Shown: positions 50,342 through 58,494 of the stretch, piece by piece | Layout: the number at the start of each line of letters is the position of its first letter | Numbering within the stretch: the stretch's first letter is position 1 | NCBI GenBank assembly: GCA_963727625.1 | Contig: CAVSHR010000004.1 | Coordinates: 64,001 to 128,000, forward strand | Source: an uncultured delta proteobacterium | GTDB taxonomy: Bacteria > Desulfobacterota > Binatia > UBA9968 | Reading direction: 5' to 3' | DNA: 64,000 nucleotides | Notes under the pieces: generated by a model | The model's input: the letters and a program-made list of their open reading frames with translations, nothing else | What the model was told of the DNA's origin: nothing | Database searches by the model: none | Translations under genes and position numbers: made by a program

Positions 50342-51595
50342 ATGATGCGTCGTTTCCAGATGCTGAGCCGCATATTGGGCGTAGGGGTGATTGCGGCCAG
50401 CCTTGTAACGCCGGTATCGGCCCAATCCAAGGCCCCTGAGAAGATCCATGTTTTCTTCAGTGCCGGCTGTGCCGATTGCTGGCCTTACGTTGAGAAGCTG
50501 CTGTTACCTGCGCTTAAGCAAGCCGGCTTCACTGCCGAGCCGGTGATCCATGATTTCACCCGGCCTGGCGGCCGACAATTGTTGGCCGAGCAGGCCAAGG
50601 CGGTAGGACTGCCCCGTCGAATCGCCGATTCCCTTTATGCGTTTGCCCCTCGACCCGATGGGGGACTGTTGGTTGTCCTTGGGCATGTGCCGCGCCCCCT
50701 GCTGGAAGAGCTGCTGGCGCGTCGGGATTTGCCGCACAAGCTGGTCATCCAGCAGCCCAAGATGCATGGCGATCCTGAGGAATATCTCCTCTGGTCCTTT
50801 GCCGGTGAGGTCCTGAGCTTCCCGATCGACACACCCTTGAGCGCGGCGCTGCCCTCATTGCCGCCCACTTCCAACCGGACTGTGCTGGACCCGGACGATG
50901 CCGACCTGGCGACGTTACTGCCGGCGGTCATAGTCACGGGTTTGCTCGATAGCATTAATCCGTGCGCCTTCGCCGTCATCCTGCTTTTGATTGCGTTCCT
51001 CTTCACGATTCGCAGGAGCCGCAGTCAAATCCTTGGCTTGGGTGCTATCTATGTCGCGGTGATCTTCGTAGTCTATTTGGCGATAGGCCTCGGTATTCTG
51101 AGCACGGTACGCTTGAGCGATGAGCCGCACTTTGTCGCACGCGTTGGCAGCTATTTGCTGATCGGGCTGGGTCTTCTGAACCTGATCGAGTACCTATGGC
51201 CTGCATTCCCCATCAAATTGCACATGCCGGCCGTAGCTCACAAGAAAGTAAGCCAGCTTCTCAAACTTGCATCGGTGCCGGCCACCATCGGCATCGGCTT
51301 CATCGTCGGCCTGTGCACCTTTCCTTGCTCCGGTGGAATCTATGTCAGCATCATCACGCTTTTGAACGCCAAAACGACGCTGGGCTGGGGTTTGGTGTAC
51401 CTGACGCTATATAACCTCCTCTTTATTCTTCCCCTGATTATTATCTTGCTGGTCGTGGGCAACCGTGTAGTGGCAAAACAATTGGCGACCTGGGAACGAG
51501 AGCACGCCCTGAGCCTGCGGCTATGGTTTGGCGTGACGATGATCGGCCTAGGGGCGGCAATGTTGTGGGTGGTCATCCCAGGAGGAACGGTATGA
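50342..51595 (+). CDS. Thioredoxin-like (CADC) plus CcdA/DsbD transmembrane fusion
   Basis: Signal peptide, FFSAGCADC, GLLDSINPCAF, FPCSGGIY, LYNLLFILPL. Confidence 0.82.
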   Translation: MMRRFQMLSRILGVGVIAASLVTPVSAQSKAPEKIHVFFSAGCADCWPYVEKLLLPALKQAGFTAEPVIHDFTRPGGRQLLAEQAKAVGLPRRIADSLYAFAPRPDGGLLVVLGHVPRPLLEELLARRDLPHKLVIQQPKMHGDPEEYLLWSFAGEVLSFPIDTPLSAALPSLPPTSNRTVLDPDDADLATLLPAVIVTGLLDSINPCAFAVILLLIAFLFTIRRSRSQILGLGAIYVAVIFVVYLAIGLGILSTVRLSDEPHFVARVGSYLLIGLGLLNLIEYLWPAFPIKLHMPAVAHKKVSQLLKLASVPATIGIGFIVGLCTFPCSGGIYVSIITLLNAKTTLGWGLVYLTLYNLLFILPLIIILLVVGNRVVAKQLATWEREHALSLRLWFGVTMIGLGAAMLWVVIPGGTV

Positions 51596-52032
51596 GGCAG
51601 CATAGAATGCTTCAAAAAAGAACATTTTGGGCTAAGCATCGACTCAGTGGCGAGCTGTTGGCCCTGAGTTTTTTGGTCCTGCTGCTTGGCGGGTGCGCCG
51701 GCGGAAAGCCCGATATTGCAGTGGAGACAAAACGACATGACTTCGGCCCGGTCAAGCAGGGCGATGTTGTTACCACTGAAATCGCAGTGCGAAACACGGG
51801 GAATAAGCAGTTAAAAATTGAATCCGTTGCCACTTCCTGTGGCTGCACCTCGGCGCAAGTGACGCCGAAAATCATTCCCTCGGGCGGCGAAGGCACGCTG
51901 CTTATTCGGTACGACTCAGGATCTCATCCCGACAAAGGCCCGATCGAGCGCCATGTCTACATTGCCTCCAACGACCCGGAGAAGTCCGAGGTGGACATAC
52001 TAATCACCGCAGACGTTCAGTCGCCAACTTAG
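51592..52032 (+). CDS. DUF1573-domain lipoprotein
   Basis: LGGC lipobox, HDFG, NTGNKQL, TSCGCT, SNDP. Confidence 0.8.
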   Translation: MRQHRMLQKRTFWAKHRLSGELLALSFLVLLLGGCAGGKPDIAVETKRHDFGPVKQGDVVTTEIAVRNTGNKQLKIESVATSCGCTSAQVTPKIIPSGGEGTLLIRYDSGSHPDKGPIERHVYIASNDPEKSEVDILITADVQSPT

Positions 52033-52168
52033 GAAGGCAAAGTTGGAAATTTGCGGAGGTAGCAATAGGTTATTACCCCATGACGGATACCTGCTGCGTA
52101 TCAAATGGGGCAATGTCGAAGGAACTGAAGTAACGATACTTCGGTAACGATTTGGGAGGTGAGAATTG

Positions 52169-54592
52169 ATGACCGATCCAATTTGCGGGATGGAAGTTGA
52201 GCCGAATAGCGCTGCGGGAAAGCACCAGCACAACGGGCAGGTCTATTATTTTTGCAGCGTGCATTGCCTGGAACGATTCAAGTCGGACCCAGCGAAGTTT
52301 TTACAACCTCGTTCGGAGGAGAGCGGGAAAGGGACTGCAACAGAAAAAGCCAAGCAAAGCACGACGACTGTGTATGTCTGTCCGATGGACCCTGAGGTTC
52401 GCGAAAACAAACCCGGGCCTTGCCCCAAGTGCGGCATGGCGCTAGAGCCCGAGGAGCCCGCGGCGCCAGCGGTGAAAACCGAATATGTTTGCCCGATGCA
52501 TCCGGAGATCGTCAGGCCGGAGCCCGGTTCCTGTCCGATCTGCGGTATGGCATTGGAGCCGCGAACCGTCACGCTTGAAGAGGAAGCGAATCCAGAACTC
52601 GTTGATATGACACGAAGGTTTTGGATTAGCGCGGTTTTGAGCGCGCCGCTTCTTTTGTTTGCACTTACGGAATTTTTTCCCGGCCAACCGGTCCATCGCT
52701 GGTTTTCGCCGCATGCTCTCAACTGGTTTCAATTAACCCTCGCCACCCCGGTCGTCCTTTGGGGGGGCTGGCCGTTCTTCCAGCGCGGCTGGGCATCGAT
52801 CGTCAATCGCAGCCTCAACATGTTCACGCTGATCGCGATCGGCGTCGGCACTGCCTATATCTACAGCATTGTCGCCGCGCTGTTTCCCGAACTGTTCCCC
52901 GATTCATTTCGCGGGCCGGACGGAGAAGTGGCAGTTTATTTTGACGCGGCGGCGGTTATCACGACCTTGGTGCTGCTGGGTCAGGTACTGGAGCTCCGCG
53001 CGCGTAGCCGAACCAGCAGCGCTATCAAGGCGCTCCTGGGGCTTGCGCCCAAGACCGCGCGCCTGCTGCGCGACGACGGCGGCGAAGAAGACATTCCGCT
53101 GGAGCGCGTTCAGCCCGGGGATCGCCTTCGGGTCCGCCCCGGGGAAAAAATTCCCGTCGACGGTATCGTTATAGACGGTAGTACTTCGGTCGACGAGTCG
53201 ATGATCAGCGGGGAGCCAATTCCAGTAGAGAAGGTTAAAGACAACCGGGTTACGGGAGGCACGGTCAACGGGACCGGCAGTTTTACCATGCGAGCTGATC
53301 GGGTGGGCAGCGAGACGCTGCTCGCGCAAATCGTCCGGATGGTCAGCGAAGCGCAGCGCAGCCGCGCGCCGATCCAAAAGTTGGCGGATATCGTTGCCGG
53401 CTACTTCGTGCCCGTCGTTGTCTTGGTGGCGATTGTGACATTTGTGATCTGGGGATGGGTAGGGCCGGCGCCGCGCCTGGCTCATGCTCTGGTCAATGCG
53501 GTGGCGGTATTGATCATCGCATGCCCTTGCGCATTGGGCTTGGCGACACCCATGTCGATCATGGTTGGCACCGGACGAGGCGCGAGTGCCGGGGTTTTGA
53601 TCAAGAATGCCGAAGCGCTGGAGGTGATGGAAAAGATCGACACGCTTGTGGTCGATAAGACCGGGACACTCACCGAGGGCAAGCCCCGCCTCGTTTCCGT
53701 GATGCCGGCGAGCGGTAAAAACGAAGACGACATCCTGCGCTTCGCGGCGAGCCTGGAACTGGGGAGCGAGCATCCGCTCGCCGCCGCCATTGTCGATGGC
53801 GCTCGTGAGCGGGACATCAAGCTTACTGAGGCAACGGACTTTCGCTCTATTACGGGAAAAGGCGTGCTCGGTACCGTAGACGGAAAAGCAGTGGGGCTGG
53901 GCAATCAAAAGCTCCTGGAAGAAATGGGTGTCCAACCTACGGAATTGTCGAATCGCGCTGAGGAGCTGCGCCGCGACGGACAGACCGTGATGTCTGTCGT
54001 TGTAGGGCGCGAGCTCGTAGGACTGGTCGGCGTGGCCGATCCGATCAAGAAATCGACTCCCGAGGCGATCCAACTGTTGCACGAGGAAGGGATTAAAATC
54101 GTCATGCTCACCGGCGACAATCGTACGACGGCAGAGGCCGTGGCCGGCAAGCTCGGGATCGATGAGATTCAAGCGGAGGTCTTGCCCGAGCAAAAGGGCG
54201 AGGTGGTCAAGCGTCTCCAGGCCGAAGGGAGAATGGTCGCGATGGCCGGCGACGGAATCAATGACGCTCCCGCTCTGGCTCAAGCCCATGTGGGTATAGC
54301 GATGGGAACGGGCACCGACGTGGCGATGGAAAGCGCGGGGATCACCCTCGTCAAAGGCGACCTCAGAGGGATTGCCAACGCCCGCCGGTTGAGCCATGCG
54401 ACGATGCGGAACATACGCCAGAACCTGTTTTTTGCTTTCGTCTACAATAGCTTGGGAATTCCAATCGCGGCCGGGGTGCTCTATCCCTTTTGGGGTCTGC
54501 TGCTCAGCCCGATCATAGCGAGCGCGGCGATGACGTTCAGCTCGGTTTCGGTTATCACCAACGCGCTGCGACTCAACAAAATCAAGCTGTAG
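52169..54592 (+). CDS. copA: Cu(I)/Ag(I) P1B-type ATPase with YHS and two YxCPM(H/D) domains
   Basis: [55 protein letters not shown]. Confidence 0.93.
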   Translation: MTDPICGMEVEPNSAAGKHQHNGQVYYFCSVHCLERFKSDPAKFLQPRSEESGKGTATEKAKQSTTTVYVCPMDPEVRENKPGPCPKCGMALEPEEPAAPAVKTEYVCPMHPEIVRPEPGSCPICGMALEPRTVTLEEEANPELVDMTRRFWISAVLSAPLLLFALTEFFPGQPVHRWFSPHALNWFQLTLATPVVLWGGWPFFQRGWASIVNRSLNMFTLIAIGVGTAYIYSIVAALFPELFPDSFRGPDGEVAVYFDAAAVITTLVLLGQVLELRARSRTSSAIKALLGLAPKTARLLRDDGGEEDIPLERVQPGDRLRVRPGEKIPVDGIVIDGSTSVDESMISGEPIPVEKVKDNRVTGGTVNGTGSFTMRADRVGSETLLAQIVRMVSEAQRSRAPIQKLADIVAGYFVPVVVLVAIVTFVIWGWVGPAPRLAHALVNAVAVLIIACPCALGLATPMSIMVGTGRGASAGVLIKNAEALEVMEKIDTLVVDKTGTLTEGKPRLVSVMPASGKNEDDILRFAASLELGSEHPLAAAIVDGARERDIKLTEATDFRSITGKGVLGTVDGKAVGLGNQKLLEEMGVQPTELSNRAEELRRDGQTVMSVVVGRELVGLVGVADPIKKSTPEAIQLLHEEGIKIVMLTGDNRTTAEAVAGKLGIDEIQAEVLPEQKGEVVKRLQAEGRMVAMAGDGINDAPALAQAHVGIAMGTGTDVAMESAGITLVKGDLRGIANARRLSHATMRNIRQNLFFAFVYNSLGIPIAAGVLYPFWGLLLSPIIASAAMTFSSVSVITNALRLNKIKL

Positions 54593-54787
54593 GAGTGCAG
54601 GTGTCAAGCGAGATAATTTCGAATTTGGGCCGGCGGGCGGCCACGAGAGTGATAAGGGACGGCACTTTTTCTATTGGCGCAAAGTGTTAGTCTTTGAGTA
54701 AGAAAAAAATGCAAATTAAATTGGAATTCGTTGCGGGTTGACGGTCGGAAAACCGTTTCTGATGACGAAATAAAGGGAGCTACGAAA

Positions 54788-55087
54788 ATGAAACGAAAGA
54801 CGCCTGCGATTGCTGCAATCCTATTTCTTGTCGCGCTCGCATCCGAAGTTTCTGCGCAAATGGGCGGGGGCATGATGGGGCCGCGTTCCGGTATGGGGCA
54901 GGGAGGGATGGGGGGCGGTCAAGGCTATGGCCCCGGCTACGGCCCAAGCCCGGAGGGAGGGCAATCCTCTCCGAATCTCACCCCTGAAGAACAAAAAGCC
55001 CGGGCCAAAGCTTTCGTTGAGGATTATCTGCGGCGTAATCTGCCGGAGTATGAGCTGCAAAAGAAAGACACCAAGAAAAGTAAGTGA
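54788..55087 (+). CDS. Exported Gly/Met-rich small protein
   Basis: Signal peptide, GGGMMGP..GMGQGGMG, C-terminus LTPEEQKARAKAFVEDYLRRNLPEY. Confidence 0.75.
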   Translation: MKRKTPAIAAILFLVALASEVSAQMGGGMMGPRSGMGQGGMGGGQGYGPGYGPSPEGGQSSPNLTPEEQKARAKAFVEDYLRRNLPEYELQKKDTKKSK

Positions 55088-55210
55088 CACCGAGAATGTT
55101 TCCGATATAGAGCCGCGGCTCACTTCCGCACGCCGTGATTCAGCGGAGAGGCTTTCTGTAAGCGGTAACTATCCAATGAGACCAAGAGAGAAAGTAAAAG
55201 GAGTAGCACA

Positions 55211-55729
55211 ATGAAAAAGAAAGCGTCGGCACTAGTTGCCATATTGTTTGTTGTCGGCCTGGCAACCTCTGCGTTAGCTCAGCCATCGGCGCCCGGCGAT
55301 CAGGGTCCCCGTCAGGGACCTGGGTATGGTATGGGGCGAGGCCAAGGACCTGGTTATGGCCCGGGATATGGTTACGGAATGGGCCCGGGGATGATGGGAC
55401 CGGGCTACGGTTATGGACCGAACATGGGGCCGTGGATGATGGGCCCGGGTTGGCACGGAGGCTATGGAATGGGGCCGGGCATGATGGGCCCGGGATATGG
55501 ATACGGAATGGGACCATGGATGATGGGACCGGGCTACGGTTATGGACCGAACATGGGGCCGTGGATGATGGGCCCGGGATATGGTTATGCACCCGGCGAA
55601 GGCCAGGCCTATCCCGACCTAACGCCTGAAGAGCGGGAAGCAAAGACAAAGGCTTTCGTAGAAGAATACCTGAAGCGTCACTTGCCAGGTTATACTCTAG
55701 AAAAAAAGCAGCCGACGAAGAAGAAATAA
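55211..55729 (+). CDS. Exported Gly-Met-Tyr-Pro repeat protein (paralog of the upstream gene)
   Basis: SD AAGGAG; repeats GYGYG(PN)MGP(G/W)MMGP; C-terminus LTPEEREAKTKAFVEEYLKRHLPGY. Confidence 0.8.
   Translation: MKKKASALVAILFVVGLATSALAQPSAPGDQGPRQGPGYGMGRGQGPGYGPGYGYGMGPGMMGPGYGYGPNMGPWMMGPGWHGGYGMGPGMMGPGYGYGMGPWMMGPGYGYGPNMGPWMMGPGYGYAPGEGQAYPDLTPEEREAKTKAFVEEYLKRHLPGYTLEKKQPTKKK
55389..55578 (+). repeat. Intragenic 61-bp exact direct repeat (55389-55449 and 55518-55578)
   Basis: ggatgatgggaccgggctacggttatggaccgaacatggggccgtggatgatgggcccggg occurs twice, 129 nt apart. Confidence 0.85.
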
Positions 55730-55856
55730 GTTATTCCGTGAAAACGGAGGAAATCATTCCTTGCTTGTAGTTTTTATTTCAGGAGGGAAGAGATTTCCTC
55801 CGTCTGATTCGATTGGACCCGTACGGGTCGGGGCTCATGGTATCGAGGAGACAAAA

Positions 55857-56153
55857 ATGAAAGCTCTGTCAATGGTTGGAGAAATGCTGATTCAATGGCA
55901 GCCAGGCTATCAAGGGCCCTGGGGTTGGCATTACAACATGATGGGAGGTGGATGGGGGATATTCATGTTTATCTTTATGTTGATATTTTTGGGCCTGGTG
56001 ATCACCGGAATTGTTATTCTCGTGCGCTACTTGTCACCACACGCCAGGTCGAAGCCGTCTGAAGGTGCGTTGGAGATTCTCAAACGGCGCTACGCGCGAG
56101 GAGAAATTCAAAAAGCCGAATTCGAGGAAAAGAGGAAGGATCTAGAATCGTAG
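55857..56153 (+). CDS. SHOCT-domain membrane protein
   Basis: SD GAGGAG; HYNMMGGGWG, TM segment, ALEILKRRYARGEIQKAEFEE. Confidence 0.85.
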   Translation: MKALSMVGEMLIQWQPGYQGPWGWHYNMMGGGWGIFMFIFMLIFLGLVITGIVILVRYLSPHARSKPSEGALEILKRRYARGEIQKAEFEEKRKDLES

Positions 56154-56459
56154 CACGACAATATTTTTCTAGCTGGCTTCGCTTTTTGCGGCTTCTCGTT
56201 GCCGAGGTTCTCTCCTCGGAAAATTGTTGAAGCGTCCGAAGGCGTTCTCGAACAATGCCGCGACATTCCAACATGTTTGGCGGGGACGAAACTAGCTCTC
56301 TATAGCGTTGACATTCTTCTTCAACACGGAGGGTAACGCGCAGGCGGGTAATAAACATTTAGTTTTTGGAGGCTAGATGGCGATCTTCGAATCGTTGGCG
56401 CAAACGTTGAAAACGTTGGCGGTGGGCTTCGGTGTGCAGATTGGGCTTTGGCGAGAACA

Positions 56460-57233
56460 GCAAGGTGACCGAGGCGATGCCGATGCCGAAGAACACCGTC
56501 GCCATGAAGGGGCTGACCGGCCAGTTCGGCGATTACATTTCCATGAGTGGTATGATGACCGTCGCCAAAGTACGCGACCGTTTGAAAAGTTACGACGAGG
56601 ATCCGGGCTGGTACCAACATCCGCCGGGAACCCTGGCGCTCAAAGCTACTGAGGCGGATCTGCGCGTGACGGAATTGCGGTTTTTAACGGAGCGGCCGGT
56701 TCCCAATAGCCAATCGGGATCAAGGCCACCTGCAACTATATCAATGCCGGTTGCGCTGAAGCTAATTTTCTTGGAATCAAAAATTTACCTGCTTGGCGTT
56801 CTCAATTTTAAGAAGTAAGATGCAAGGAGATCAAGTGATTGCCTAGCATGATCCCGGTCCTCTGACCTTGGCGGGAATTTTGCTTGCTACGTTTGCTACC
56901 TATATATATAGTGAGCGCGCTTTAGCGTGACAGTTCGATATCAAAAATCCATTGGAAAGGTTTGCTTGGCGGTGTTATTCACCTTTCAAGCGTAGCCTGG
57001 GCCTTTGATGACTGTCGCCGGGACAGTGAGGAGCATGCTAGCGAGCAATGGTTCCGCGGCGATTTCGTAAGCCCGAGGCCGCTCAGCCTTGTTGCGCGTT
57101 CTGCTGATGAACCAGTCGGCAGGGTGCATTGCGTTGCAACTGATTACGCGTTTGACGCGATCGCACAATCTTCTTCGATTGCGTTTTTGAAACAGGCTTT
57201 CAGCGGTGTCCAGTTAACGTCTTTCGTTTCAAA
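56460..57233 (+). repeat. Diverged direct repeat, copy B: oxidase 3' remnant plus truncated leader ORF 3 (56962-57240)
   Basis: KVTEAMPMPKNT...GDYISMSGMMTV.KVRDRLKSYDEDPGWYQHPPGT; VAWAFDDCR...GRVHC. Confidence 0.88.
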
Positions 57234-57529
57234 TGTTTAAGTCCAAGAAATTATGCGTATCACTATTACTATTCGGATTTGTGTGGCTCATCACTTCGTC
57301 TTCGTGGGCGGCTGAAGCAACCCCTGCCGCCGAAGCACAAAAGAAGGCGCAGCTCTTTATCCAGGGCGCGCAGCTGTGGCCTGAATACCGCGGCAATTGC
57401 TACAACCCTCGGGGACCCTCAGAGAGGTCTCCCGCGGATTGGGATCTTATCATGATGCATATGCGTGCGCGGGCGAATTTACCGCCGGACGCGGCGGAGG
57501 CGATACTCGAGTTTCTGAAGAAAAGATAG
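57233..57529 (+). CDS. Cytochrome c-like exported protein with degenerate heme motif (RGNCY)
   Basis: Signal peptide; GAQLWPEY-RGNCY-NPR, W..IMMHMR. Confidence 0.6.
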   Translation: MFKSKKLCVSLLLFGFVWLITSSSWAAEATPAAEAQKKAQLFIQGAQLWPEYRGNCYNPRGPSERSPADWDLIMMHMRARANLPPDAAEAILEFLKKR

Positions 57530-57589
57530 ATTCCAAAAATCATCCGCAAGACGCGGACTAAAAAGAAACAAGAAAGGAAAGCACTTACT

Positions 57590-57979
57590 ATGAGAACGTT
57601 TGTATGGATGACCGTGTTGGGGCTTGTGCTTGGGGGAGCGGTGTGGGCAATGGCGCAGCAGCAGGCCCAGATGGGTGCGAGCCAGTCTCCTCAGGGAGCG
57701 GGAGGAGCTGGTTCGAATTACTCAAGCCTCTGTGTGGGTTGTCACGGCGCGACCGGCAAGGGCAACGGTCCGGCGGCCGCGGCGCTCAATCCGAAGCCGA
57801 AGGATTTTACGGATTGTAAGTTAATGACGCAGATTTCAGACGACACCCTATTTAAGACCATTAAGGGCGGTGGCCAGAGTGTTGGGCTTTCTCCGACGAT
57901 GCCCCCTTGGGGCGGGGCGATTACGGAACCGCAGATCCACGAACTCGTGAAATACATCCGTGGCTTCTGCAAAAAATAG
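57590..57979 (+). CDS. Monoheme class I cytochrome c
   Basis: Signal peptide, CVGCHG, GNGPAA..LNPKPKDF, MPPWG. Confidence 0.92.
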   Translation: MRTFVWMTVLGLVLGGAVWAMAQQQAQMGASQSPQGAGGAGSNYSSLCVGCHGATGKGNGPAAAALNPKPKDFTDCKLMTQISDDTLFKTIKGGGQSVGLSPTMPPWGGAITEPQIHELVKYIRGFCKK

Positions 57980-57985
57980 TGAACA

Positions 57986-58483
57986 ATGAAGTGGCTGGCG
58001 GCGATAGGGCTGTTTGTTTTTCTTCTGTTAGCTTTTTGGTTTGGACCAGCGTCTTCTCGCAGGGAGCCCGCGCCAATGCAGCCTATTGCCTTCAATCATA
58101 AAATTCATGCGGGCGATTACCAAATTGCCTGTGAGTACTGCCATATTTATGCCAGGAAGTCCGCGGTAGCGGGTATTCCTTCGGCTCAACGCTGCATGGG
58201 CTGCCACAAAATCACTGCCGCGGGTAATCCAGAAGTGCAAAAACTGCGGGGGTACTGGGAGCGCAGGGTGCCCCTCCAGTGGAGCAAAGTTACCTCCATG
58301 CCTGATTATGTTTACTTCGAGCACTGGCCCCATGTCCGGTCTAACATCGCCTGTCAGACCTGCCATGGTCCTGTTGAAACCATGGAGCAGGTAAAACGGG
58401 TCAGGGCTCTAGACATGAGCGAATGTGTTTCGTGCCATCGCGAGCAACAGGCGAGTATCGATTGCGTTATCTGCCACCGTTGA
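57986..58483 (+). CDS. actA: Alternative complex III pentaheme cytochrome subunit
   Basis: QPIAFNHKIHAG; CEYCH, CMGCH, CQTCH, CVSCH, CVICH. Confidence 0.88.
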   Translation: MKWLAAIGLFVFLLLAFWFGPASSRREPAPMQPIAFNHKIHAGDYQIACEYCHIYARKSAVAGIPSAQRCMGCHKITAAGNPEVQKLRGYWERRVPLQWSKVTSMPDYVYFEHWPHVRSNIACQTCHGPVETMEQVKRVRALDMSECVSCHREQQASIDCVICHR

Positions 58484-58494
58484 AAACATTTTCT

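Noticed and set aside
52904-54607. 567-aa minus-strand ORF (and similar long ORFs at 42906-44102, 14637-15575, 2350-3144)
   Set aside because: Antisense shadows of well-supported genes (copA, oxidase, hemA, DUF2130); expected in GC-rich DNA and no motifs recognised.
39600-57240. Self-mobile element (integrase, IS, prophage, tRNA attachment site)
   Set aside because: No recombinase, transposase, terminal inverted repeats or tRNA recognised in the window.
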